In this document: piece by piece, positions 48,490 to 61,900 of the stretch | Numbering within the stretch: the stretch's first letter is position 1 | Layout: every line of letters starts with the position of its first letter | Source of the DNA: Marsupella aquatica | Taxonomy: Eukaryota; Plantae; Marchantiophyta | Assembly: GCA_973895155.1 (NCBI GenBank) | Contig: OZ316899.1 | Coordinates: 10,228,287-10,292,286, forward strand | Reading direction: 5' to 3' | Length of the DNA stretch: 64,000 nt | The notes under the pieces: generated by a model | Databases searched by the model: none | Seen by the model: the letters and a program-made list of their open reading frames with translations, nothing else | Told to the model about the DNA's origin: nothing | Translations under genes and position numbers: made by a program

Positions 48490-49330
48490 AAACAAAGTGC
48501 TCCTTACAATGTGTATTCGAGTACGTGCCCCTGTCTTCTTTACTATCTACCCTATTGTCACAGTTGCAAGTCCCTTTATCTTTAGGGAGCTGAAACTTGG
48601 TGGTATTGTTCCTAATGGCTAATCTCCCGCAAAAAGTGCATGGGATTTTCTCTATACGGACCTGAATAGTCCCATCCTACAAATGCTTTAGCAAGTGAGG
48701 TGACAAGTACATCGTCAAGTTCTGCCTCAGGATGTAAACTACATATACGGTGCTTCACATTCCAAGGAATCTCATTGCTATTGAGGTCCAACACACTATG
48801 CGTAAACTGTGACTTCCAAATTTTTGTTGCACTCTCTTACTAAGTTGATCATAAGTAATTTCATTTTTTACCTTGTCTCTCTTTATGTGCAATAGAGACC
48901 ACATTGGAGAGTTCAAAAGAAGATAACATCTAATGTCACTTGCATGTGATAGTTTCTCAAGACAAGGCCAAAGAATTGTTAGAAGAAAATTATCTCCACA
49001 ATCGATTGGCATGCATGTAGGGCACTGGAAATAGTCCAATCATGCTTGGGTTGGCAAATGCCTTAAGGGGGGAGTCATCCACAAGGAGGGTGTTGGTTTC
49101 ATCATATAGATTTCCAAATCCACTCCATACCACCCAAAAATCCTTCAGTAACACATTTGCCTTCCTGTTTGTAATGTCACGCCTTTGAATGCTTGTGTCA
49201 AAGGCTTCCACCTATGTGAATACAAACTTAAGTTTCAACCGCTCCTCAGCAGTGAACATCATGTTCAACATTTTCAAGTTCAGCAATTTGCGCTTCATGG
49301 AACAAGGTCTTGGTTTTGCAAGTGCAACAA
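48490..49330 (-). pseudogene. FCP1/NIF-like phosphatase gene (copy B), internally deleted
   Basis: Near-identical to 27150-28186 but lacks the DLNK...AIWT segment; stops and frameshifts. Confidence 0.85.
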
Positions 49331-49559
49331 ATACCAATCTTAGAGAAAAAATCACATTTGAAGTTTGGATAGAGATTGTCTCAATCCAACACAAGTGGCC
49401 AACCACAAAGAAAATCTGCATACTGACCATATTCATTGAGAAACCGTAAAGAGGAGATGGATATTGATATTGATGCTCTAATTGTTAGTCTTGGAGTATA
49501 ATTATAGAGACTATATTATATCAAATTGATAAGGTCACATGGCTCAATCTAGACCTTGG

Positions 49560-52530
49560 CTAACAATGAGACCATATTCATCAATCAAGATATCATCACC
49601 AAGCTCCTATTGGATCTCATAATTGACATCGGAGGTACTCTCCTCTACCCAATAAGGTGCAGACCAAACTGGAGTTATCAATCCCAATTCTTTGCTTCTA
49701 TAAGCTTGATCTTTCTTGTGCTTTTTGTATGAGTCATTCTTCAAAATTGATTGAGCAGCATCCAACGGTACTTTGGTTCCTACATCTTGTCCACTTTTCC
49801 ACACGTAACATCGACAATCATATTCAAGTGACTTATATCCAGTTGATCCTACTCTCTTCCCTTTCTTTTTTGAGAGCAAAAGGATAACAGGACTTTTTGA
49901 TTGTGACCAAACAAACACCAATTTGTCATCAGAAGCAAAAAAGAGTGTATGAGGACAAATTGAAGCACCTGCCTGGTTGTCAGCAGTTGTGGATGCACAT
50001 GCTTCATTGATGGGAATGTCGGGTACTTGGATGGTTTATGGTCTCAATCCCAATGTGTTGAGTTCATTGTACTCACCATGCCTCTCTGCACCTTGATTGA
50101 GAAGGTTGTTTGAAGAAAGTTTCTCAAATGTATCAACTTCTGATACTCTCATTTTGTCCATCTCTTGTCCAGGCACTTGTGGATGGAGACCATCTCTATC
50201 CAAGTTATCATCAAACTGACCCTTGTTGGGGCCCATGGGGGCAACATCTGTAATTGGTGAACTACAAGGTGCAGATCCAACAATCATATTGTCTTCCACA
50301 AGGTCAATATTTTCACCCTTGCCAACTCGGTCATCCAAATTCTTCACATATGCCCCCTCCAATGGCCCATCACCTTTGACTGATTGGTCAGCTCCATCTT
50401 CTTGCATGATCACCATTTGATTCATCATGAATAGCAAGAGCGGCAGAAGAGGGTTCCCAATGTCTAGAACTTCCATCGACATAACAATCATAACAATCTT
50501 TGATGGTGGGAACCGTCTCGCAAAGGAACAAAGCGTATGCTTCCACAAAATTAATGTCTCATGTTGAGAGTCACAATAAACAAAACATTCACATTGAGAA
50601 AAAAGGGATGTCTTCATCACTTCACCGCCAGAGAAAAAGTCAAGAATCAAATCCCCTGGTTCAGACAATGTTTAGATGATCTTTTGGATCATTCGGGTGG
50701 GTTTGGCATGAGGATTCACCCACCCACTGCCAATGCAAACAATCTCAAATCGAGGTGCCATGTGTAGAAGTATTGCCGCCTCTTCTGGGGTCATCACAAT
50801 TCATAGATCTTCATCCATTGACTGCTCGTCTGTGTCCTTTCCCTACACTGTTCCATTCCCTTTGATCTTCTCAACCACAAAATCAGTATCCTTTTCACCA
50901 TACACCCATTTTGGCTTCATTTGGTTGGGCTTGAACACTTCATCCCAGCTGACGTTTTCTTTGCAAGAAATTCCGGTAATGATAACTTCTTCTATTCCTC
51001 CCTTCCAACATGAGTCACGAGGGTGAGGTTGATCATTTTGATAATAACTCCCATACTCAATGTGAATGCTCAAAGATTTTGAATGTCCTAATTTATGGAA
51101 GAGCGCTTAGGATATTCAGTACAAGATAACCCGGATGGACAATTATCATCACAATAATGGTGAGATTCCGTGGTAGCTCTACTATATATTGGAAGAGAAC
51201 CAAAATCTCTACTTCAGTCCACTCCTTCTGTTGAAGTTGGCTGAAATCAACAATTGCAAGAGGGCATGTTGGAGATTGTTCTTCAAATGACTCCGGATCC
51301 ACTGTCTTCATTAGGTTGTTACTAAAAAATGTGACCCATGGCTGGGTCCGAGAACTTGTCCCACCGCCAAACCTTTGACAGTAAATATTATCTAGACGCA
51401 TCACCAATGTCATTGGCAATATCTCACTCTCCTTTGTATGACTAGACTTCAATAAGACTTCACCAGCTGCTCTTCGGCACCTGTTCAACTCCAACTCGAC
51501 ACCTAACAATGGGAGGACCTCAATTACTTTAACCCAATCAGTATCTGTTGGGAAGTTTTGGGGATCCTTCTTCAAGTAGTAATCTCCAATAAGAGACTTC
51601 AGTTTGATCAATATCTTCACCTCCTTTGCAAACTCCTCCATTGCTGGAACATCAGACTTATTTGTCGGATCCTTCTTCAATAAAACCTGACCTGACTTCA
51701 CCTTGTTCAAAATTCTGGTCAAATCTCTATTTGAGATTTTACCATCAAAACAATGAAACATTACAACCATTATTGCCTTTTTGGATCTTTTGTTTCCTTG
51801 TGTACCAGCTACATCAATCCACATCTGGCACACTAACCGCCATAACTCAAAAAGATCATTCTTGGCAAAAGCAACCAGTATACATTTTCAAGTCTTTTCT
51901 CCCCATGGTCATCCTTGCCAATGCCAAATAATCCTACAATAAAAAATTAGGGCAAAATGTTGTAAGTTATCTACAATCAATGAGATTTGACAACACACTA
52001 TCACTTGCTTGGACAGAGACATCTCCATCCAAGTCATAACCAAAGTAGAATGAAGTAAAATCTCTGGAACAAACGGTCACACTCTTGGACAGAGCCCATC
52101 TCCATCCAAGTCATAACCAGAAATAGAATGAAGTAAAATTTCTAGAATAGATGGTCACACTCTTGGATAGAGACCATCTCTATCCAAGTCATAACCAAAA
52201 ATAGAATGAAGTAAAATGAATGCAATGGACGGTCATACTCTTGGATAGAGACCATCTACATCCAAGTCATAACCAAAAATAGATTGAAGTAAAATCAATG
52301 TAACAGATGGTCACACTCTTGGATAGAGATGTTAAACAAGAAAAATGTTTCTCACCTGAAATTTCTGATTATCTTGGGCATTTGATTTGTTATCCCCGTG
52401 CTTTGGCTTTCTTGGTCTTCTGCATTCAATGAATTGCTTCCTTGCATGAACAATTGTATCTTTGAAGCACAATTGAAACACCATCGTCGAATTGATGGAT
52501 GAAAATAACCACCATGATAGCAAATAGTTA
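49560..52530 (-). pseudogene. CACTA-borne N6/N4 DNA-MTase-like gene (copy B, longer, with intron ~52356-51934)
   Basis: Helical N-region, CPLAIVDFSQ (candidate motif-IV position), then VNPHAKPTRMIQKII*TLSEPGDLILDFFSGG. Order IV...X/I is as in beta-class amino-MTases. Confidence 0.7.
52003..52330. repeat. Intronic ~78 bp tandem repeat (4-5 units)
   Basis: cactcttgga.agagaccatctc.atccaagtcataacca..aatagaatgaagtaaaat at ~52005, 52080, 52158, 52236 and a partial unit at 52314. Confidence 0.9.
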
Positions 52531-53592
52531 ATAGATTTTTTGTTAGGAGTAAAATTTGTGCTCATACAAGCAAAAATCTACTCATACGAGGACTTCAATT
52601 ACTAATAGCAAAAAATCTGTTTACTCATACGAGAAACTATTTACTTGTATGAGTTTTCCAGGTTATTCAAAGTTGACAAAAAGGGCTCCATGCACTAGAA
52701 GAATCCGAGGTGAACTGAGACCGCAATATGTGACTCATTTTGGCTCATGTGACTTCATTGTGACTCAACGTGACGTGACCCACGCTGTGACCCTTGGAGT
52801 TGCAAAAGTTGAGACCAAAAAATGGAAGTCACTATTGATACTGGGCTTTGCAACTTGCTTGATACCCATTTGTGACTGATCTGTGACTTTATTGTGGAGT
52901 CTAGCCTTGTTACTATGTGACTGCAATATGACTTTAACGAGTCACATGGTAAGTCACATACATGACTTACCCGCATTCAACAACGAGTCACATGGTAAGT
53001 CATATACATGACTTACTCGCACTTAACAACGACTATCTTGTGACCTTTTAGTGTCACAAGATAGACCGATGGAGACCCTGGTCTGGGTCACACAACAGAA
53101 CCATTTGGGCCTCTATATAGTCATGTTTATAACTAATAAGGTTCACATGCAAGTTGTAACCATGACTAATGAACATAGAGGGATAGTTCATAAGGAGAGA
53201 GAGCACTCCACATTACAATACATAGAAACACTCATGTTCTAACTTTAGAAAAATAACACATTGAATACAAGAATGAATAGAGCATGAATGACATCCACAT
53301 GAAACAAAGCATCATATAAGCAGATCCTACATAAAACATTCATAAGAATTAAACAGAATCACAATCTTGCTAAAAGATGATGATCATTTGAATTACAATG
53401 GAATAATTTACAATGTTCAATGTAATTCAGAGAAAATAGGAACTCATAAACTGATGACTGCAGGATGAGATAATTGAAAGCACATGCATGATACTATGAA
53501 TCTCCAAGAGGACATGATTCTTGTATTGCTTCTTGAGATTTAAAATATACAGAACATGACTCACACTACAAACAAATAATGGCATGACATTG

Positions 53593-54108
53593 TTATGGAT
53601 CCTCTATGAACTTGCTTGGCCATAATACCAAAGAACCTGCAACATCTCCAAGTGTCTTCTGAGGAGGATCATCATTTGTGTTTGGAATGGTAAGGACAGC
53701 TTTAGGTTTCACTAGTAACGTGACTAACACTACTGAATAACCTGGGGGAATCCTCTTGCCATGGAATGTTGTAGAACCAACCTGCACTCTGCCAAATCCT
53801 ACTCGTGTTCCATTGTCATCAACAGCTAACAAGCCACTTTGTCCCTCAGCATTAGGTGCTTTCCCCACTTCCACCTTAGATCTTTCTGCCAGCACCATTC
53901 TTGGAGGTTTGTATGAAACCTTTGACGTGGCTCTGCTCCCACCAGCATACTTGCTTTGCGTACGCATGCTTCCTCTCTTCACAGTAGTGAAGCTAGGCTC
54001 AGTAGGTTCCTCTATTGGGATTGTCACAATAGCAGGTTCCTCACCTGGGAGTGTCATACCAACTAACTCTTTGGTTGGATTTATCTCAACAAGAGGCACA
54101 CCTGTCAT
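53593..54108 (-). CDS. En/Spm TNP1-associated (DUF8039 / Transposase_23-like) terminal exon
   Basis: RVGFGRVQVGSTTFHGKRIPPGYSVVLV...DDPPQKTLGDVAGSLVLWP. Confidence 0.75.
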   Translation of the reverse strand: MTGVPLVEINPTKELVGMTLPGEEPAIVTIPIEEPTEPSFTTVKRGSMRTQSKYAGGSRATSKVSYKPPRMVLAERSKVEVGKAPNAEGQSGLLAVDDNGTRVGFGRVQVGSTTFHGKRIPPGYSVVLVTLLVKPKAVLTIPNTNDDPPQKTLGDVAGSLVLWPSKFIEDP

Positions 54109-55079
54109 TGAGAATGATACATTCTACAAATCATTTATCTTTGCAATGGAGTCAAGATCTACATAGCATGAATCTGGCTCAATGGTATCATTGTCATGCT
54201 TGCTAATATCCTCATTTGCCCCAACATTGATATCATCCACTCCCTTGCCAATGTCATCCTCATCCAAACATGGTTGACCGCCCTCTGTCAAATTAGTTGC
54301 ATGTGTGCCTCTAAATTGCAGCGAGTCTTTGCCAGGTTCTCATACTTCTTCTCTACAGCACCTGTCTTATTCTCTATGGGCACAACAACCACAATATATG
54401 TTACTGAAAATAACACATTCAACAAACAATGTCAATCCAAACTATACATTTAATAATCATATCCCTCACAATTATAAAGGCCTTACCTTCAAGCCTAGAT
54501 GTCGTTGGCATGCCAGAAGAGTGCATCAACTTTGCCACCTCAAGTGGTGATGGTGGAACTCCTGCATAATTGGAATCAATTTTATCTCTCACCGACACAA
54601 CAACTTCCATTAATGTCTTGAAGTTCACATGGAACAAGTCAATCAATGAATTCAAACGTTCATTGATCTCTGGAAGACATGTTTCCACAGCCTTCAAACG
54701 ACCACTTATCTCTGTAAGTGAAGATCCACCTCCCTACATGACACAGGGGTATAGGTTCAATCACTTCATATGAAATGTTAGGCAATATATGCACAATCAA
54801 TGTTATATACAGTGTACACCTGAAATTCAATGCAGGTCATTCAATTACCAATCAGAACTCATATAACTTACGTGCTTTGGAGGATTCAGATGCACCCTCT
54901 TGAGTCCGGGTGTTCACAATTTCAGCCCTCAACTCTTCTTTTGAAGGGCTTTGCCCCCATTGGGCTTTCTGCACATGCATGCCCAACACAAGTTATCATT
55001 ATTATTTAGGGAACATACACTAAAAAACAAAGTGAACAGTACATAGTGTAGCATAAATTACATAATTAGTCATTGATTC

Positions 55080-55665
55080 TTACCAAGCATTTTGCTGTTG
55101 GTGTAGTGCCGGTCCTTCCTGTTAGATTAGGGTTCTGAACACTCAACCTGGCCTTGGTCATCTGTGAACTATTCTTTTTCGAAGCATCTGTTACAAAATA
55201 AGCTACTAACCTTGCCCACACTTTATCATCACAACTGGTTGGTGGAGGCATATCTGGCTTCTCCCCACCTTCCTTCCAAGCCTTATGCATTCTCCACCTC
55301 TCTTGCTTGATGATTTTACCTGTTGTACTCTCTAGGCAACTTATGTCCACGCCATCATCACTACCCACATAATTCCATTTGGCAGCAACATTTTCACATA
55401 CAGTCTTCCAATCTTTTGGATGTTGTTTTTTAAAATTAATAACACTCACATCTAACCAACGCAATACTTTAGCTTTCAAATCAGCATGCCATCGGTTCTT
55501 GCAAGGACACTCAGCATCCTCCCATTGTCTCTCATTCAACTTTACGTTCCCTTTCTTTGTCACCTCCCCTCGTGCACTGCTCTCGGTAGTACTGGGCGTT
55601 GTATTGGCCACCCCTTGATTCACCCTACCTGGGGTTCTGAAGTCACTTGGGAAAATACAATCCAT
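55080..55665 (-). CDS. En/Spm TnpA/Ptta-like (Transposase_24-like) exon
   Basis: ERWRMHKAW...PPPTSCDDKVWARLVAYF...KKNSSQMTKAR...NLTGRTG; ends at a GTAAG donor. Confidence 0.75.
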
Positions 55666-57406
55666 TCATGCTTGAGAACTACATACAACAAAATGAATGA
55701 CAACAACATTCAATGCTTCACTTCAACAAAAATTCTTCAAACATACATACCTATAGCTCTGCCTGTAGATGCCTGTGCAGGGACTACACTCTGGAATTGT
55801 TGCAACCCTAGACCACCTGTCCAGCCTAGTACAGGGGCCAGATGATGTCACTATCTAGGTATGTACGTGCAAACATATGTACTGAAAACTAAGTACAAAC
55901 TGTAGGAAAACAAGTGAACATTCACCAACATACCTGGCCCCCTTCCGTGCTGCATCTGCATAGGGGCATTAGTGAATACTTGAGTCAATGGTTCAACTGT
56001 CCAACCTGCACATTCATTTTCTATCATTATACATGTGCAGAATCCCCCCCACGTGAATGGACTCTAGATATAATGAGTTCTTCCATTGCTGACAAGATCA
56101 GACATTACCTGCCCCTCTTCCAGCGTTTGTAGGTACTGTATTTTGAAACCTTGCCAATTACCTTCACCACCTTCCCAACCTTGTTCATTCCACGACCCAC
56201 CACCATCCTCCCAACCTGGTTCAACCCATGTCTGTCCTTGTGGACATTGGAACTAATCATTACCAACATTTGCCCAATCAGGTTGGGCAGAATCTGCATG
56301 CAATGGCAGGTGGACAAATTTCATGTTGTCTGAATCCAATACATCCCAAACAATGCCAAGAATTGATATGGAGTCTGAAATTCAAGAGTGCCATGCCTTG
56401 ACAAAGAACTGGCATATAGATATATACTCACATCCCCATGGTTGAGGTGGACGTCCATACCCACGAGACTGTGGGTTTGGACCTGCTATGCCTCTACCAC
56501 GGGCATAACCTAGAGCTTGCCCCCTGCCATAGTATTGGGCACCAGCCTGGGATCTACCACTACTACCACCTTGCCAATCTTGATCAGAGGTCAACCCCCC
56601 TACTGGTATGGTGCATGCACAAGCTTTGCAGGCAAAATAGAACTGACAGGACGCTGCATCACATCACCAACTACAATGTCACAACCTAAGCAAGGTACAT
56701 ATGTGTAGTATTGAACATATGAAACCTCTAAACAAGAGTTTTTAACTCAGAACCTTGTTGGGAAAACTACTTACCTGTTTCTTTTGGGGCTGCTCTGCAA
56801 TGTATTCATCTTCATAACCCCCATCCTCATCCATTTCCTCTGGAAATACTCATCACTGCATCTTCTTGTCTAGTGTCTGCACCCACCTGTGTAGCATCCA
56901 TGTCATCTCCACATTCTGCCATTGTAGGTACAACCTTCTTGCTCAACCTTTCACTCCGACGGACAGGCCCAGAGATAGTGCTGGTCACCCTTCTTGCGTA
57001 CTCCTTTTGTTTCTTTGAAAGTTTTGTGGCTCTGCGACATTCCAATATGAGAATACAGTCACAATTTCAGTGCCACATTGAACTATTCATGTCACACAAA
57101 CTCAGCACAGGGGTGTGGTTGAGAATCGTTCCCTTACAATTCAGCCACATCCTTTTTCAGATTCAGTTCTGCGATTTTGGCTTTCACGTATGCTCGTTGT
57201 TCCATAGCTTTCCTTTCATATTCACACATCTCTGTGTCACTCTGTTCCATCCTACTAGACCACAAAAACATGTCATCTATGGTCACCCCGTATAACACAA
57301 TGCAACCACAATCACCAGGCATCCATCCATACATCTGTGTTGCTTCAGAATTACTTTATTACACATCCTTCTTGTCACTAATGTCCATGCAAACAATTCA
57401 CATTAC

Positions 57407-58991
57407 TCATGGCACAGGCACACTGTTGGCATCTGCATCTCTGAATTTGCCTCCTCCAGCAAATGCATCTACCCTTGTCATAGGAATGAAGTCCCCGCTA
57501 TCATGAACTACAGGCACTTGGTCTAAACGCCGACGATCAAAGGCACTATGAGAGTGTAAATGAAACTCAAGGTTTGATCCTTCCATCCGACATTGCCTGG
57601 CCTGTTTATGACACACTACACGCCAACCTGGGGAGTCTTCCACATCTAGGAAGAAAGCTTGCTCCACCTGACTGGGAAACACAAATGGCTCAGACCATTT
57701 GGGCAATTTCCTTATGAAATTGGCCAGCAAGAAACCATTGTTGTCTCTCTTCATGGTAGCCCTATTACCAAGCCCACCGTTGTTGTCTCTCTTCACGGTA
57801 GCCCTATTACCAAGCCAATCCTGCCGCACCCATGAACCTTTCATAAAAATCACAGGACTGGACACCGCCCCATAGTCCAGAGCACGCACACAACATTTAA
57901 GCTCATGAACTGGATTATAGCACATGTATGCACTCACTGTATCCAGGGTTCCATCACCACAGTGTTGTGCAATACAAAGTCATGTGCCAAGTCTCTCATA
58001 GTTCAGGTTCTTTGTGGATGCAGCCCCTTCCAGTACTTCACTTATCACCCCTTCCTCCTCATCAGAATTCCACACCCTGGTCTTCACATGCTCATATTGT
58101 GCTATGTATTCGGTCAGAAATCCCAGAGTCTCGTCCTTGATGTAACCTTTAGCCATGCTTGCTTCAGGTTTGTAATATGTTCTCACGTGACCTTTGAGCA
58201 GCTTCATGTACCGTTCCAAAGGGTACAACCAACGAGCACTCACAGGCCCAAATTGGTGTAGCTCTTCCACAACATGGACAAGTAGGTGAGTCATGACATC
58301 AAAAAATGCTGGAGGAAAATAAATCTCCAGGTCACACAGCACTTGAGCAACATCTTCTGTGAGTGGTGGGAAGTGGGTTTCATCCCAAACCTTCACACAA
58401 ATACGACAAAACACATCACTGAGTCGCATGATCACATTATGAACAAGCTTTTGCAACAGGCCCCTTAGACATAAAGGCAACACCTGTTGCGTCAACATAT
58501 GGTAGTCATGGCTTTTCATACTACCAAGCTTTCTAGTCATGATATGCTTCTTGAAAGCACTGCCATAGTTTGAAGGAACCTTCAAAGAACTCAACCTCTA
58601 CACAAATAGTTGCCACTCTATGTCTGTCATAACATAGGGCGCTTTGTACTTCAAGAGCACATCAGCTCTGTGGACATGTGGCCTCAACCAAAGATGGAGT
58701 TTCATTCCCCTTTGTTCAAGATCCAATCTCACAGAACCAGTGTCTTTCTCTCCACACAAGAATCTGAGTAGACTCTCACAAATATTCTTCTCAATGTGCA
58801 TAACATCAATGTTATGTTTGCTTGGCTCAAACATAACTCCATCTTTGCTGCCCCCTTGTTTGATACAGTCATCCCTCAGTGCTCCCCACTGCCTGATCTC
58901 CTCTTTGGTCACTCGTGCCGGGGGTCTACGTTGCTCAATCTCATTGCCAAAGTGTGCAATCAGTGTCTGTCTTTCTTTGTAAGGGTGATCT
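57407..58991 (-). pseudogene. CACTA Tnp2/TnpD transposase, C-terminal part (DUF4218/DUF4216 regions)
   Basis: HNIDVMHIEKN, MKSHDYH, FPPAFFDVMTHLLVH, GPVSARWLYPLERYMK, PEASMAKGY, EPFVFPSQVEQAFF. Confidence 0.95.
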
Positions 58992-61900
58992 TGTCACGTC
59001 ATCAGCCTTGACCTTAACTCGGGCTTCAGCTTAAACGGGCACATCCTTCGTAAATATGAGGGTTCGGGCAGGGAGGGAAGAACGTAATGCACCTAATTCA
59101 CGTAAACTAGCGCTAAGTGCGCCTACTATTAGATACGGATATCTCCTAGGTATGGTTTGTGTTCCGCCGCCGGAACGTACCTTAGTCGATAACAGGATCG
59201 ACCCCGGCTTAAGGACTTCTAAGCCTTCGTGTTATCCGCCTTCGTGTTATCCGCCTTCGATCCGGTTTCAATGATACAGGTCCTCAACCCGTGCTCGCAA
59301 CCACATACCCGCAAGCTGCACCCCGTGCACGACTCGGGTAGTGCGTTCAGCCCGGCATTGTCACCTATACACGAGATTCACACACACATACACGCACACA
59401 AGCATACAATCTTGATTTACACGAAGGAAATTAGGGAAAGGATTTTACTACATAGGGGACATATGCGTACACTTGGTTGACCCAACAGCTCCGGAATGAA
59501 CAGGTTCAAGGCCGAGGGAGTACACTACAATGGAGCCCGGCTCCACACTCGCCCGACGAGCTTAGTCCCACTCCCTCCCCTTGGTACTCTTCCACTCTCA
59601 GAGGTCGGGACTCCCCGCGCATACCACGGATGTCCAACTCTGAGACTAAAAACCCCCCCTGCCTCTACCGAGGGGTGCACTAAATACTAAGGGCCGGGGA
59701 ACAGAGTGTCCTCCCGCCCAAAGATTCGCTGACTTAGGTCCTAACTAATCTGACCGTCAGGCCGAAAAACGGCTGTGTCTTATTAGAAGATCCTAATCTA
59801 CGCAGGCTGGACAGCATGGCAGTGCTGCGGTAACTAAGGCAGGTGCCTGTCCCAATAGCCTGACTTAGCTACTCCTAACCCTATTCTATTCCTACTCCGC
59901 CGCTAATGCCTGGCACGCTTGCCAGAGCCGCCCGAGTGGGAGCGGCCATCCCGCTGCTTACGAAGTCTGTCGTTGTCCGCCTTGAGGAGCTGGACCTGGT
60001 CCAACAAAGATTCGTTCTCTCGCTTCGCCGCGTTTGTCTCCTCCGTTGCCTCCTGGCATGCCTCCTCCAGCTGCTGGGTGTCGCTCGTCAGCTTGCCCGC
60101 CAGCTGGTCCTGCTTCTCGGCTTTGGTTTGGAGCCGTGCCACTTTGGCCTGTAGCGTGGCTATCTCCGCAATGTCCCGCTGGGCCCGTTCTTCGGCCTCC
60201 TCCAGGTCCTTTTGCCAGATGACAGTTTGATTCTTCAAACTGTCAATCTGGTTCCGGAGTCGTGCAATCTCGGCCTCGTTCCCAGCTTTGGCCTGCTCGG
60301 CTAGGGCGGTAAGGGCGTGCGCCTTTGCTAACAAATCATTGGTGGCTGCAACTTTGGGTCATAGTTGCAGAAGCTCAGCCTCTTGAGCCGCAACTTCGTT
60401 CTTTAAGTATACGGACTCCACCCGGTACCGCTCTATCCTCTGAAGGGCCTCTGACTGGGCCCGACCTGCCTTTACTGCGGCAACTAACTCCTGATTGAAG
60501 AAACAGGCTACCTTCCGGGCCATGAACTCCCCGGTATCCCAGGCAATTTGATGAGAGAAATCTCTCAGAAGCCCATTCAGAAATGTACCCGGTACGAAGA
60601 GTTCCGGGTGGTCCAGGTTGTGCCTGTCCGGAGTTGGGCACGGGCAGACGTCAACATGCGCGGGGGCTGGGGCAGTGACATCCAGCCCTGGGACGTAATG
60701 TTGGAAGGGGCTGGAGTGTCCTCCTGCAGCAATGTTTGGTTCTCCGGAATAGCCACCGGTGGGTCTTTGGGAGACCCGGGCTCGAGTAAGACCTCCGCTG
60801 TACCGACTTCTGTACTTAGCCCGGCCTGTTGGATCGCATCTACGGTTGCAATAACCGACCCATCCGGTACCTCCTCGGTTACGACTACAACTACTTGTGG
60901 GGGTGGGGTGGGTGAAGCTTGCGTGTCCGCTGGACTTCGGGCCTCGGGTTGGGGCCGTCTCTCCAAGGCCGGGAAAACCCACCTAGCTGGGACTAGCTTT
61001 GTAACGTTGACACGAGGAAGGGTTCATCGATCAAATCGAGCGTACCACTCAAGAATGATCTCGATATGGCTAGCGAAGTACGCCTTCCCACCAATGTACA
61101 GCGTCTTCCTTCGCCGCTCCATCTCTTCATGGAATTTCTTAGCGAAGTACAACGCCCACTTCCTAGGTCGATAGTTCTTGACCTGGATAACCTGGGCGGC
61201 GGAGATCTCCCCCCGGGGTTCCATCATCTGGAGGGTGTACCTTTGGAACTCCAGTCGCTCAGCTATCTCGGGGATGAGGCAGGTCCTCATCACGAACCCG
61301 TTGTCCACTGCTCCCTCTGAGGGAAAACTCAAGGATTGGTACTTGGCTCCCTTGCCCCCGGGAGCCCGTGATTCGACTCGATGGTCACCTTCGGGTAATC
61401 CAAAGATCATCTTGAGCCATTCTTCCGTGAGGGACATATTCCTTCCCCGCAGCCAAGTATGTTGACGTGCGTCATCGAAATTCTTGACAAATTCCGTCAG
61501 GTCCTCCCCGTTGTACCTGCAAGTGTTCCAAGGGAGAGAGGCGAGGTGCTCGAATCCTTGAGTCTTCAGGTACACCGCATGCTTGGGATGGAGGATGTTC
61601 TTATGCACGTTTTCCCCCATGCGGTGCATTGTCACCTTGGCCACGGCTACCGTGGCCAATGGTAACCCGGATGCAGTGGCGGGTTCCTTCCTCTTCTTCC
61701 CCCGTGATTGGCTCGGGGAAGGTGACACCTCCCCATCCTCTCGATCGAGCATAGGTAGTGCTACCGCCGTTAGTATTGGTCCCGGGGCGGCCACGGTCAC
61801 CGTGTTGTCTGCTGGAGCCGCTCCTTGGGTCCGAGCATGGGGAGGGGACGATGTAGTGTTGGCCCCCTGAGTGTTTGCTCCTCTGGGCCGCCTTAGCAAG

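Noticed and set aside
57740-57815. Novel repeat domain in Tnp2 (GNRATVKRDNNG x2)
   Set aside because: A simple 42 bp tandem duplication in a pseudogene.
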